Part shown: piece by piece, positions 27,628 to 37,599 of the stretch
Numbering within the stretch: position 1 is the first letter of the stretch
Layout of the letters: the number at the start of each line of letters is the position of its first letter
NCBI GenBank assembly: GCA_965204345.1
Contig: OZ241981.1
Coordinates: 1,632,001 to 1,696,000 of the forward strand
Length of the DNA: 64,000 nucleotides
Direction: 5' to 3'
Origin: Nitrosopumilus sp.
Lineage (GTDB): Archaea > Thermoproteota > Nitrososphaeria > Nitrososphaerales > Nitrosopumilaceae
The notes under the pieces: model-generated
Told to the model about the DNA's origin: nothing
The model's input: only the letters and a program-made list of their open reading frames with translations
Databases searched by the model: none
Translations under genes and position numbers: made by a program

Positions 27628-28282
27628 ATTTTTTCTTAACCTCTTGCGCCTGTTTTACCGGCTTGCCCATTGTAGTTTTAATCAGGATCTTTTTCATGTT
27701 CTTCTCGCCGTTTGGAAGTTTCTTCTCAATTGCGCTTAGAACCGCATGTGCATTAATTGCCAAATCCGAATCCTCCATTGTCACATCCCCTATTTTAGAT
27801 GAGACTGACAGTGATGCCCTTGTCCTTACCTTGATGCATGATCTAAATCTTTCCAAGAATGCTTCAATGGATGCATCAAAAGGAACCGGCGTTGGCATTT
27901 TTCCTCTTGGGCCTAAAAGCTGGCCCAGTGTCTTACCTACAGTTGGCATTACCTTTGTATCTGCCAAAAAAAAGTCATACTTGTTAATGAATTTTCGAGA
28001 TTCTCTCTTGTTAGTGCCAAATTTTTCTAATTCTTCTGTTCCAATCACCGAGTCTGCCTTGGCCGCTTTTGCCTTTTGATTCATGTCTCCCGTAGCTATG
28101 ATACAGACAGTTGCCGGAGAGCTAGTCTTTGGCAGCTGAACAACCTCGTTTAGGGCAAATCCCTTCTTGACATCAATGTCCTTGAAGGTAATGATCAACT
28201 CTATGGACTGTTTGAATTTTCTCTCCTTTGTTGCAGCTTTTGCCTCCTTTATCATTTCAGTAAGCTGAGTCTCTGTAATCAT
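27620..28282 (-). CDS. rpl1: 50S ribosomal protein L1
   Basis: LGQLLGPRGKMP, KTTMGKP. Confidence 0.96.
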   Translation of the reverse strand: MITETQLTEMIKEAKAATKERKFKQSIELIITFKDIDVKKGFALNEVVQLPKTSSPATVCIIATGDMNQKAKAAKADSVIGTEELEKFGTNKRESRKFINKYDFFLADTKVMPTVGKTLGQLLGPRGKMPTPVPFDASIEAFLERFRSCIKVRTRASLSVSSKIGDVTMEDSDLAINAHAVLSAIEKKLPNGEKNMKKILIKTTMGKPVKQAQEVKKKYA

Positions 28283-28448
28283 TACGACCACTTTCTAGAA
28301 AACCTACTTAAAATCGTTTAGAGATTGAGTTTTTTGATGACCCCTTATTTTTAAAAAATTACATATTTTCAACAAAATAGTTATAATTCCAAGTAAAATT
28401 TGGCTAAAAACTACATATATTAAATCATAACCAGATTTTTTCAGTACG

Positions 28449-28904
28449 TTGCATCGATTTGATGAATTAGATATGAAATTACTCTATGAGCTAACCACTG
28501 ACGGTTCCATATCTGTCCCACACCTATCCAAAAAATTAGGAATTAATGCCTCTGTACTGTATAGCAGAATCAAGCGATTAATGAAGAAGAAACTCATCAA
28601 AAAATTCACTATTGAGATTGATGATTCGCTTTTGGGGATAGGGGTCAAGGCTTCAGTCGGCATTAATCGGGATCCAAAGTTTAAAGATACTATCCATAAG
28701 AAATTCATGGAAACAGCAGAAGTCGTCTCAATATCTGAGGTGACTGGCAGGTTTGACATCATGATTCAGGTCTATACAAAGGATCTTGAATCCCTCCATT
28801 CGGTGGTAATTGAAAAAATAGGCAAAATTGAGGGCATTCAAAACACCGAAACCTTTGTAGAATTACAAAAGACCGATAAAGATCCTGTTTATCTGATTCA
28901 GTAA
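28449..28904 (+). CDS. Lrp/AsnC-family transcriptional regulator
   Basis: DELD..L N-terminal HTH, EVTGRFD, I.GIQNTET RAM domain. Confidence 0.92.
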   Translation: MHRFDELDMKLLYELTTDGSISVPHLSKKLGINASVLYSRIKRLMKKKLIKKFTIEIDDSLLGIGVKASVGINRDPKFKDTIHKKFMETAEVVSISEVTGRFDIMIQVYTKDLESLHSVVIEKIGKIEGIQNTETFVELQKTDKDPVYLIQ

Positions 28905-29387
28905 CTATTGTTGTAATTTTTCATCCCATTTGCCTTCATTGATTTCGGCAGTAATTTCTTTTGGAGTTTTTCCCTCTATTTTTACTCCCAATGCCCCACA
29001 TGTGCCAATGATTGTTTTTGCAACTGGTTTTAATGAAGAGGCATAAGATTTCTCTAATTTCGTATTTGCCACTTTGACAATCGAATCCATTGTGACATCT
29101 CCTGCCCACTCTGTGCCTGCCGCTCCCGAACCTTTCTGGATTCCTGCTTCTTTCATAATTAGTGCCGCAGCCGAGGGAATGCCGATTTCAATTTCATATT
29201 TTTTTGTCTCAGAATCGACAATTACCGTTACTGGAACCTTCATTCCTTCAAAGTCCTTTGTTTTGTCATTAATGGATTTAATGACTTCCATGATGTTTAC
29301 TCCTAGGGGGCCTAGTGCTGGGCCCAATGGCGGGCCTGCTGATGCTGCCCCTCCTGTTACAAGTGATGATACTTTTTGTTCTCCCAT
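28905..29387 (-). CDS. rpl11: 50S ribosomal protein L11
   Basis: AGPPLGPALGPLG signature. Confidence 0.97.
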   Translation of the reverse strand: MGEQKVSSLVTGGAASAGPPLGPALGPLGVNIMEVIKSINDKTKDFEGMKVPVTVIVDSETKKYEIEIGIPSAAALIMKEAGIQKGSGAAGTEWAGDVTMDSIVKVANTKLEKSYASSLKPVAKTIIGTCGALGVKIEGKTPKEITAEINEGKWDEKLQQ

Positions 29388-29422
29388 GTTAAATCAGACT
29401 CAATTAGAAAATTTAATCCTTC

Positions 29423-29887
29423 CTAAGAGGAAGTCTCACTGGATAGTTTTAGATAGTTTGCATCCACTGTGACTGGCAGCTGATATGACGCATCCAACAA
29501 AACTACTGTTGCCTCTTCCTTGTCTGTGTCAATTCTTGTAATTGTTGCCTTCATTCCTTTAAATGGACCGCCTGTAATTTCCACTATGTCATCTACTGTT
29601 AATTGTGAAACTGTTGATTTCTTAACCAGGTATCCCTCGATGTCTTTGAACTCCAGCTCTCCTCTTAGCTGGCCCCTGATGTGTCTGACACCTTCAACTG
29701 CCATGTATGCATCGCTGGGATTAATCGCCTCAATGACAACATATCCCTTCAAATCACTTACCCAAAATACTGACTGAATGTTAATTTCACTTGCGTTAGC
29801 CTTTGCTTCTAATAGTCTCATTACCACTTTTTCTTGTCCTCCTGTGGTCCTAATTGCAAATAAGTGTGATTTAATCTCCTCTGACAA
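29423..29887 (-). CDS. spt5: Transcription elongation factor Spt5/NusG
   Basis: TTGGQE NGN domain, VEITGGPFKG KOW motif. Confidence 0.95.
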   Translation of the reverse strand: MSEEIKSHLFAIRTTGGQEKVVMRLLEAKANASEINIQSVFWVSDLKGYVVIEAINPSDAYMAVEGVRHIRGQLRGELEFKDIEGYLVKKSTVSQLTVDDIVEITGGPFKGMKATITRIDTDKEEATVVLLDASYQLPVTVDANYLKLSSETSS

Positions 29888-29889
29888 TT

Positions 29890-30063
29890 TTATCCACCAA
29901 ATGTAATTACCGAAAAGACAAACTGTATGGTAAAACCAATAGCTCCCACTCCTGCAATTCCTAATAATACAAGTCTGAGATGTTGCTGATATTCATCTTT
30001 GTCTGGTTTCTTGGCCATTTTCATGGTATTGGCCATATTCTTCAGAGTCTGCTTGGGGTTCAT
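29890..30063 (-). CDS. secE: Protein translocase SecE/Sec61-gamma (not in ORF track)
   Basis: 57 aa MNPKQTLKNMANTMKMAKKPDKDEY..GIAGVGAIGFTI with one TM helix; canonical position upstream of spt5. Confidence 0.92.
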   Translation of the reverse strand: MNPKQTLKNMANTMKMAKKPDKDEYQQHLRLVLLGIAGVGAIGFTIQFVFSVITFGG

Positions 30064-30301
30064 TGCTGAAAATTAATAAGGTGTCCTTATATCTCTTGTT
30101 TCATATTAGCCGTGTTTTGATATTTCTAGGCTTGTCTGTATGGGTACCGTACAAAGTACCGTATGGATTTCTATCTGAGTCACAATTTGAAGATCATTCT
30201 CTTAAAATTTTTATTCATGTCTTGATCCCTTGATTGTAAAAGTTACACAAACAAGAACAAAATCATAAATAGTTATACGACGTCATAAAATTGAGACAAT
30301 C

Positions 30302-30433
30302 ATGACTGAAGAAATGGATTTTACTACTGCTCCTTGTATTTGGACAGAGAGAGATGCTGAATATGTAGCTGATTATGAAATTCATCAAGAACTAGGTTTA
30401 AAAAATGTCAAGACTTTAGGAATCAAAGAATAA
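30302..30433 (+). CDS. Small acidic hypothetical ORF (43 aa)
   Basis: MTEEMDFTTAPCIWTERDAEYVADYEIHQELGLKNVKTLGIKE; TATA-like TTATA upstream. Confidence 0.35.
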   Translation: MTEEMDFTTAPCIWTERDAEYVADYEIHQELGLKNVKTLGIKE

Positions 30434-30704
30434 TAATTATTTTTTAGAGCATGACTAGATGACCTTGTAAACATGCACCAAGGTTCAACAGAAAAGTTAT
30501 CAATCTAAAAACCAATTTGCATCTTACAGAATTAGAAGACTGTGTAAATGCATTGCAGATCAGCATGATCCTTTTGTATTGAGAATATTACAACTTGCAA
30601 AGAAATCGTAAACAAAAAAATTGTTCTTTACATCCTACGGATGGCATATTGTCTTTAGATTTGAACATCAAGAGATTATTTTCATAATGTTCTATAATAA
30701 TTCT

Positions 30705-30822
30705 GATAACCCCAAGTCATAATGTGGCAAAATTTCTTTCAAAAGAAATGACTTTGAAGGATAATGATATTTTTCATGGAGATTTTTATGATCTTGCAAT
30801 AATTCCAACTTCTGCAATTTCA
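30705..30822 (+). repeat. Diverged duplicate of the 5' part of dtdA (31852-31971)
   Basis: Shares TGGCAAAATTTCTTTCAAAAGA, TTTTCATGG.GATTTTTATGATCTTGCAATAATT and CTGCAATTTCA with the dtdA 5' region. Confidence 0.85.
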
Positions 30823-30872
30823 CTTATGATTCATGAGAATCATTAAAATAATATTTCCTACTTTCCAAGATA

Positions 30873-31607
30873 TTGAAGTATTTATTCACAATTTTACTGT
30901 TATCTGGAATTTTTACAGTTTCACCAGTGTTTGCAGACGTTGAAATCGATATTGGTTTAGGTTCTGGAATTCCCGGATGTGATGATACAAATGAATGCTA
31001 TATCCCATACCACGCTTTAGTTTCTGCAGGTGATGAGATTACTTGGTCAAATGATGATTCGGTAGCCCACACTGTCACAAGCGGAACACCCGCAGCTGGT
31101 CCTGATGGTAAATTTGATAGCAGCTTGTTTGTTACAGGAAGTACATATTCTGTCACTCTTTATGAATCTGGAGAATATCCTTACTATTGTATAGTTCATC
31201 CTTGGATGACTGCAAAAGTAATTGTTGATAGTGTTGATTTTGAGTCATCTGAGATTGATGTATCAGGATTAGATGAGCGAGAAGTCATGGAACCAAAAGT
31301 TGGAGAATGTGGAGCAGGAACAGATCTTGTTGATGGAATATGTGTGGTTGTAGATAATTCTGAGGTAGGAGATTATTTGATTACAACAGATGATCCCAAA
31401 GATGAAGAAATTCAAGAATTGAAAAATAATATTCATGGTCTAAAAGCAGAAATTACAGAGAAAGATGAAGAGATTAACTCTTTGAAAGCATTGATTGTAA
31501 CACTTGAAGATGAAATCAACACATTAAAAGATAAAGCAGTAGACGATCTAGCTATTATTTTGGAACAATTGAAAATCCTCAATGAGTTATGGCAAACTAA
31601 AAAATAA
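30873..31607 (+). CDS. Secreted type-1 copper (plastocyanin-like) protein with C-terminal coiled coil
   Basis: Signal peptide, HTVTSG, YYCIVHPWM ligands, heptad-rich tail. Confidence 0.88.
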   Translation: MKYLFTILLLSGIFTVSPVFADVEIDIGLGSGIPGCDDTNECYIPYHALVSAGDEITWSNDDSVAHTVTSGTPAAGPDGKFDSSLFVTGSTYSVTLYESGEYPYYCIVHPWMTAKVIVDSVDFESSEIDVSGLDEREVMEPKVGECGAGTDLVDGICVVVDNSEVGDYLITTDDPKDEEIQELKNNIHGLKAEITEKDEEINSLKALIVTLEDEINTLKDKAVDDLAIILEQLKILNELWQTKK

Positions 31608-31827
31608 TTCCTTGGTAAGTAAATCATGTAATCTTCTTTATGATAGATGAGTTTTTATCCGAATTTGCACCTTAGGTGCTTGTTGTTGCAGTAGTTGTAG
31701 TTTTGGCATGATATCTGGCCTAGATTGTTTCCCCCCTAAAACATCTTTATTTTTTTTAAATTATGATTTTCCTCTATGAGAATATCTATTATGACACGTT
31801 TATTGCATACCCAATATCTCTTATCTC

Positions 31828-32607
31828 ATGGAACTACTAGTTGCATATCAAGATGACCCCGCAGGCCATAACATGGCAAAATTTCTTTCAAAAGAGATGA
31901 CTATGAAGGATGATGGCACTTTTCATGGGGATTTTTATGATCTTGCAATAATTTCGACTCCTGCAATTTCAGCTGACTGGCTGGAGGAAAAATATGATTA
32001 TGATGGATTTATCTTTCTCTCAAAGCATGCTGCTGAATCCGGCGTTCTGGCTTTGACCTGTCATAGTACCGGAAACTTTTCTAGTGCAAAGTTTGGCGGA
32101 AACGATAGGCAGGTTGCAGTTCCAAAACCTGACTTTCAAAAATCATATCTTCAAACTTTGAAAAAAAATCAATCACAATTTTCAGACTTTCAAGTTACTA
32201 TAGAGGCAACACATCATGGGCCTACTGCACTGACAAAGCCTTCCATATTTGTAGAAATTGGCACTACTGAAAAACAATGGACTGATGTATCCCTTTGCAG
32301 TTCTGTTGCCTCGCTTGTACATCAGGTAATGTCTCATCCCATCAAGGAACATCCTGTGGCAATCTGTTTTGGGGGTACTCACTATCCTACAAAGTTTACC
32401 CGTGAACTGTTAGAGGGTGCCTACTCTCTTGGAACTGTAATTCCCAAACATGCCTTAGCTGATCTTGACGAGTCCTTGTTTTCTCATGTTCTTGAACAAA
32501 ATAGCATGGCAAAAGCCGCTCTTTTAGACTGGAAGGGATTGGGATCACATAAACAAAAAGTACTTGAACTACTTGGCCGAACTGACCTTGAGGTAGTCAA
32601 GCTTTGA
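31828..32607 (+). CDS. dtdA: D-aminoacyl-tRNA deacylase (DTD2 type)
   Basis: SKH, H.TGNF, EATHHGPT, FVEIG, FGGTHY. Confidence 0.93.
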   Translation: MELLVAYQDDPAGHNMAKFLSKEMTMKDDGTFHGDFYDLAIISTPAISADWLEEKYDYDGFIFLSKHAAESGVLALTCHSTGNFSSAKFGGNDRQVAVPKPDFQKSYLQTLKKNQSQFSDFQVTIEATHHGPTALTKPSIFVEIGTTEKQWTDVSLCSSVASLVHQVMSHPIKEHPVAICFGGTHYPTKFTRELLEGAYSLGTVIPKHALADLDESLFSHVLEQNSMAKAALLDWKGLGSHKQKVLELLGRTDLEVVKL

Positions 32608-32903
32608 ATCTGCAGCAAAAAATCTTCAAAAAATTACTTGAGGTGCCAAAGGGCCAACTTACAACATATGGCGAGTTGGCAAAATCTGTTGGGTTAAAAA
32701 ATGGCCAGCGCGCAGTTGGCAAAATAATGAACAAGAACCCGTATCCTGTGATCATTCCATGTCATAGGGTTGTCATGTCTACTGGAAAAATTGGCGGTTA
32801 TGCATATGGCGAACATGTTAAAACCAAGATGCTAAATGACGAGGGTATTCAAATACAGGATGGAAAAATTGTAAATTTAAAAGATATTCTTTACAGGTTT
32901 TAA
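32604..32903 (+). CDS. ogt: Methylated-DNA--protein-cysteine methyltransferase
   Basis: TYGELA, RAVG, active-site PCHRV. Confidence 0.93.
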   Translation: MNLQQKIFKKLLEVPKGQLTTYGELAKSVGLKNGQRAVGKIMNKNPYPVIIPCHRVVMSTGKIGGYAYGEHVKTKMLNDEGIQIQDGKIVNLKDILYRF

Positions 32904-33355
32904 TCTTTTCTCTTTTCTCTGATTTCATCCATCAATGTTCTAAGGTGTGCCTTGTTTCTGACTGTGTTTCCGCCAACCTTTTTGTACAAAGCCCAGAATT
33001 CAGGATTGGTCAGATCCTTTCTGTCTTTTGCAATTTTCAGTAGCCGCCTCAACGATCGAACCTTGGCAACGTAAACCTCCTTTTTGCCGACCCTTGCGCC
33101 CTTTCTTCCCTGCTTGGAACCCTGTGTTGTACCCCTTTTGTTCCTTTGATCTTTCTTTTCTTGCGCCCTTCCTCTTGATGTTCCCGTAAATGATTTAATT
33201 TTGATTGTATTAGCTGTGATGAGACTTCGGATATTTTCCCTTGTAATTGCATCTGCAATATCATCTAGATGATCAGCATCAAACTTTATTCTATGAACTC
33301 CGACACCAGTAACTCTGGCTGCAAGTCTCTTCTTAGCTTTAAGATTTACTACCAT
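32900..33355 (-). CDS. rpl19e: 50S ribosomal protein L19e
   Basis: KRLAARV, AITRENIRSLI, GSKQGRKGAR. Confidence 0.95.
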   Translation of the reverse strand: MVVNLKAKKRLAARVTGVGVHRIKFDADHLDDIADAITRENIRSLITANTIKIKSFTGTSRGRAQEKKDQRNKRGTTQGSKQGRKGARVGKKEVYVAKVRSLRRLLKIAKDRKDLTNPEFWALYKKVGGNTVRNKAHLRTLMDEIREKRKD

Positions 33356-33743
33356 CTGCACTCACTCTTGCATTAAAAACCTTGAACTTTCGCTCAATTG
33401 CTTTAACAACGATCTCTTTTCTTTTTCTAGTCCCAACACTATGTCCAAATCTGACCCCGTCTTTTTTTGGATCTAGCTTTTCTAGATCATTTAAGTTGTA
33501 AACTAGGTTATCTGTAAATCCTGATGGGTGTAATCCTCTTGCGTCTTTGGGTCCGCCATACCCGACTTTGACAAGACCTGGACGGCCTCTGCTTTTTTGT
33601 TTTCTTTGATGGTGATCAATGCCCTTTGGTTTTCTCCAGTTAGTCTGAAGCCTAACATAGCGCCAGCTCTCCGGCCTGAGAAAATCCGGATTGTGTTCTT
33701 TTACCTCCTGTCTTTTTGCAATCTTTTCCTTATTGATCGGCAT
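33339..33743 (-). CDS. rpl32e: 50S ribosomal protein L32e
   Basis: WRKPKGID, RGLHPSG; start at ATG 33743. Confidence 0.95.
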   Translation of the reverse strand: MPINKEKIAKRQEVKEHNPDFLRPESWRYVRLQTNWRKPKGIDHHQRKQKSRGRPGLVKVGYGGPKDARGLHPSGFTDNLVYNLNDLEKLDPKKDGVRFGHSVGTRKRKEIVVKAIERKFKVFNARVSADGSKS

Positions 33744-33939
33744 CAGTTTGACTCTTGAATTTTGGAATAAATACGTTCCTAGAAAGGAAAAAATTTCATA
33801 TGGGAAAAAGATAATAAGGAAACTCAAGGCGGATCGAATATCTCATGAACCTGCCTGGGATTGAAAAAATTATTTTTGGAGGCATAATCCTCTGACTGAA
33901 GTACTTGGTACTGCCCCAACTAAGAAATTCTCATCACAA

Positions 33940-35496
33940 TTGGTTTCATTTGGAATCAATCCCTCCAAAGTCCACAGAAATCTAAGCGTAGGTGATATGA
34001 TTGCTCTTTCAGTTCAACGAAACGAGGGCGTGGTCAATTCAACAGGCTCTCTTTCAGTCAATACTGGCAAGTATACGGGCAGATCACCTGATGACCGATT
34101 TATCGTATATGATGGGAAAACTCATGATGCAGTTGATTGGGGAAAGATTAACCATCCGTTCCCAAGCGATAAATTTGAAAAGCTCTTTGAAAAAATGAAA
34201 AACTTTGTTGAGAACAAGGAACTTTTTGTTTTTGACGGCTTTGTAGGAGCCGATCCTGAGACCTGTCTGCCTATCAGGGTAATCAATGATCATGTATGGC
34301 AAAGCATGTTCTCAAGTAATCTGTTTATCCGGCCAACTGATGAGGAATTAGAAAGACACGAGCCTGAATTTACTATTTTATGCATTAATGATTTTGTGGC
34401 CGTGCCTGATGTTGATGGCACCAGAACTGATGTCTTTATTCTAATTGATCTAACTAGAAAGATTGTGCTGATTGGAGGAACTGAATATGCAGGCGAAATG
34501 AAAAAGTCCATGTTTGGCGTAATGAATTTTCTGTTGCCTGACCGTGGGATTTTTCCAATGCATTGCTCTGCAAATATTGGTGAAAATGGGGACACTGCTT
34601 TGTTTTTTGGCCTGTCTGGTACTGGAAAAACTACTCTTTCAGCAGATCCTAACAGAAAGCTAATCGGTGATGATGAGCATGGCTGGTCTGATAACGGGAC
34701 GTTTAATTTTGAAGGTGGCTGCTATGCAAAGTGCATTAATCTTAGCCAGGAGGCAGAGCCTGAAATATGGAATGCGATTAAACCTGGCGCACTTTTGGAA
34801 AATGTCGTGTTAAATGACAATATTCCGGATTATGATGATAACACGTTAACTGAAAATACTCGCGTTGGATACCCCTTGGATTTTATTCCCGGAGCAGTAA
34901 TTCCAAGCGTTGGTGGAAATCCTAGGGCAATTGTATTTCTGACTGCTGATGCCCTGGGAGTCCTGCCTCCTGTTTCTAGGCTGACTAAAGAAAGTGCAAA
35001 GTATCATTTCATGTCCGGCTATACTAGTAAATTGGCTGGAACTGAGAGGGGCATCAAAGAGCCAAAATCCGTATTTTCCCAATGCTTTGGGGCGCCATTT
35101 ATGCCCAGGCCTGCATCCGTTTATGCCAAGCTTTTGGGTGAGAAGATTAACAAGCATAACACCATAGTCTATCTTGTTAACACCGGATGGTCTGGAGGTC
35201 CTTACGGTGTAGGCAAACGAATCAAGATAAAATACAGCCGCGCCATGGTAACTGCCGCACTTTCAGGGGCACTTGATACTGTCAGATATAGGCATGATGA
35301 TTTGTTCAACCTGGATGTTCCAGTTGAAGTTCAGGGCGTGCCCTCTGACATCTTGGATCCGAAGAATACCTGGGCTGACAAGGATTCCTATGATCTTTCT
35401 GCCAAAAAATTGGCACAGATGTTTGTTGAGAACTTTGCGAAATTTGAAAATGTCTCACCTGAAATTGTTGCAGCAGGCCCGCACATCCTACGGTAA
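33940..35496 (+). CDS. pckA: Phosphoenolpyruvate carboxykinase (ATP)
   Basis: GLSGTGKTTLS, IGDDEHGW, FEGGCYAK; start may lie upstream (CTG 33892). Confidence 0.96.
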   Translation: MVSFGINPSKVHRNLSVGDMIALSVQRNEGVVNSTGSLSVNTGKYTGRSPDDRFIVYDGKTHDAVDWGKINHPFPSDKFEKLFEKMKNFVENKELFVFDGFVGADPETCLPIRVINDHVWQSMFSSNLFIRPTDEELERHEPEFTILCINDFVAVPDVDGTRTDVFILIDLTRKIVLIGGTEYAGEMKKSMFGVMNFLLPDRGIFPMHCSANIGENGDTALFFGLSGTGKTTLSADPNRKLIGDDEHGWSDNGTFNFEGGCYAKCINLSQEAEPEIWNAIKPGALLENVVLNDNIPDYDDNTLTENTRVGYPLDFIPGAVIPSVGGNPRAIVFLTADALGVLPPVSRLTKESAKYHFMSGYTSKLAGTERGIKEPKSVFSQCFGAPFMPRPASVYAKLLGEKINKHNTIVYLVNTGWSGGPYGVGKRIKIKYSRAMVTAALSGALDTVRYRHDDLFNLDVPVEVQGVPSDILDPKNTWADKDSYDLSAKKLAQMFVENFAKFENVSPEIVAAGPHILR

Positions 35497-35497
35497 G

Positions 35498-37555
35498 CTA
35501 TCTTCTCCTAATCAAACCAAACATTGCTATTCCAATTAAAATCACGCCAATTATTCCAATCTGTCTTTCTGGAATGTCTGGTATGGCCATTGCATTTTGA
35601 TTTTCTGCCAGCGAATTAATCTCAATTGTATTGTATGCGCTTGATGTATTCCCGCTGACTTTGATTTTAGCATCTATCCAATACATCGAATTTTCATAAA
35701 TATCAATGGACGCTTTTTTGTCTGGGGTTGCAGTTGTAGTATGTGTGCTCCCATCTTTACTGTTTGTTACTGAAATTTTTGCAAAACTCCACTCCTCTGG
35801 ATGCCGAATGTCAAAATCTAATCTTTGGTTTTGCTGATTGATCGAAATTGAACCCTGTGTATACTGTATTATGAACGGAACTGTATAGCGTATGTCTTCG
35901 TGATTTATGACTAATCTACCCTCATGCTCGCCAAATTTTTCCTCACTCATATTCATCTTAAGATGCAGTGTGTCTCCCTCTAGGATATGTGCAAATTTGA
36001 CAAATTCAGGCACCTCAAAATCTACCTCCAAACTATCCCAAGATCCGCCAAGCAATTTTAGTTTGAGTTGCTGCTCTGCAATCTTTTTTTCTGATGATAC
36101 ATTGACTACAAAATTTGGCGGCATGATGACTAGCTTTGCATTATATGCACTGCCAATGTCTAGTCTGCCTGCACCCGTCTCGTGTACTGAGAATCCCTGC
36201 CCATAGGTATCAGTTACAGGCTCAACTGTGGTTAATAATAAAGACTTTATTTCATGATGGTGAAGTTCTGGGTTTTTCTGAAGTAACAATGCTGCTGCCC
36301 CGCTGACATGCGGGGCTGCATAGCTGGTTCCGCTGGTAAAGTTGTATCCTCCGTTATTTTGAGTCGTATTGATGTATGCCCCGGGTGCTACCATTTCAGG
36401 CTTGATGTAAAATGGAGATACCGGTCCTCTAGAACTAAAATGCGTCACAAAATCTGGGTTATAAAACAAATGCATGGCAGATTCGCTGTCTTTTGTGATT
36501 GATTCTCTAATCTCTAATCCCTCCTCCCTGTCCATGGACACTGCTGGAATTCTTGGCACATATTCTGACTCTATAAACTCATGAATTAATTCCCCCAAAA
36601 AAATCCCCTGCCTGTTATTGTAAACAATTAGCGCCTTTGCTCCAGCATCTGCTGCATTTTTTTCCTTAATTGAAAAATATAGTAGTTCTCCCTCTACATC
36701 GCTTCCTCGCTCTACGATTACTATTGCATCTTTTGCATCTATCCCTTCAAAGTCTTCAATTTTTCCATACCCTCCAAAAACAATCTTTCCCTGAATTGAA
36801 TCTTCCACTTTTGAGGATCCGACCATCGGAATTACGGTATATGGCTTTTCATCTACTTCTAAGGTTGCCACCAAACTTGAAGTCAGGTTATTGTATGTAG
36901 CTCCCACCGTTACTGATCCAAAGTTTCTTCCAGGGCTGCCAATTGTTTTTAATCCCGGTCCGTCATTTCCAGCCGCTGTAACTACAAAAATCTCTTTTTC
37001 TAGTGCCAAATTAACTGCACGATCAATCTTTGCATTTGTTTTGTTTACTCCCAAACTTATGTTAATTATGTCTGCCTTGTCCTCAATTGCCTTTTCAATT
37101 GCCATGATGATTAAATCTGATGATACCCCTTCCCCATCTTCTGAAACTTTGTAGGCTAGAATTTTTGCTTTTGGTGCTATGCCTGATATCTGCCCATCTG
37201 CTGCAATTACGCCTGCCACTTGGGTGCCGTGGCCATTTGTATCTAAGGGGGGCTGCCCTGTCTGTATAAAGTTGTACCCTCCTATCACTTTTCCGTCTTC
37301 ACCCCATCCAAACAGTTCTGGATGATTAAAATCAACCCCTGTATCTATTACTGCAATTCTTATTCCCTCACCATCGATTCCATCAATTCTGGGAATATCT
37401 GTACCTACAAACGGTATGCTTTTTTGCAGGTATGTGCCAACTTCATTTTCAGTCTGTAATGTCTGTGATAAAATAAAAATCCCCAGAATTACTATAATTG
37501 ATGAGAAAATTACTATTTTCACAAGTTTTACATCATTATAACAAGTAAAAATCAA
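35498..37555 (-). CDS. Subtilisin-like S8 serine peptidase with PA domain, membrane-anchored
   Basis: Catalytic IDTG, HGTQVAG, AAGN, SGTSYAAPHV; N- and C-terminal hydrophobic segments. Confidence 0.92.
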   Translation of the reverse strand: MIFTCYNDVKLVKIVIFSSIIVILGIFILSQTLQTENEVGTYLQKSIPFVGTDIPRIDGIDGEGIRIAVIDTGVDFNHPELFGWGEDGKVIGGYNFIQTGQPPLDTNGHGTQVAGVIAADGQISGIAPKAKILAYKVSEDGEGVSSDLIIMAIEKAIEDKADIINISLGVNKTNAKIDRAVNLALEKEIFVVTAAGNDGPGLKTIGSPGRNFGSVTVGATYNNLTSSLVATLEVDEKPYTVIPMVGSSKVEDSIQGKIVFGGYGKIEDFEGIDAKDAIVIVERGSDVEGELLYFSIKEKNAADAGAKALIVYNNRQGIFLGELIHEFIESEYVPRIPAVSMDREEGLEIRESITKDSESAMHLFYNPDFVTHFSSRGPVSPFYIKPEMVAPGAYINTTQNNGGYNFTSGTSYAAPHVSGAAALLLQKNPELHHHEIKSLLLTTVEPVTDTYGQGFSVHETGAGRLDIGSAYNAKLVIMPPNFVVNVSSEKKIAEQQLKLKLLGGSWDSLEVDFEVPEFVKFAHILEGDTLHLKMNMSEEKFGEHEGRLVINHEDIRYTVPFIIQYTQGSISINQQNQRLDFDIRHPEEWSFAKISVTNSKDGSTHTTTATPDKKASIDIYENSMYWIDAKIKVSGNTSSAYNTIEINSLAENQNAMAIPDIPERQIGIIGVILIGIAMFGLIRRR

Positions 37556-37599
37556 CTGCTTGCTAAACCAATAAATTGAATAAATATCTCATGTTTTGC

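Noticed and set aside
25825-29387. rpl12 convergent with rpl10, and an Lrp gene antisense between rpl11 and rpl1
   Set aside because: As far as I recall this is the usual Nitrosopumilus arrangement; not novel.
30430-30700. Possible degraded RelE-like toxin after the 43-aa ORF
   Set aside because: Only a vague resemblance in broken frames; cannot be supported.
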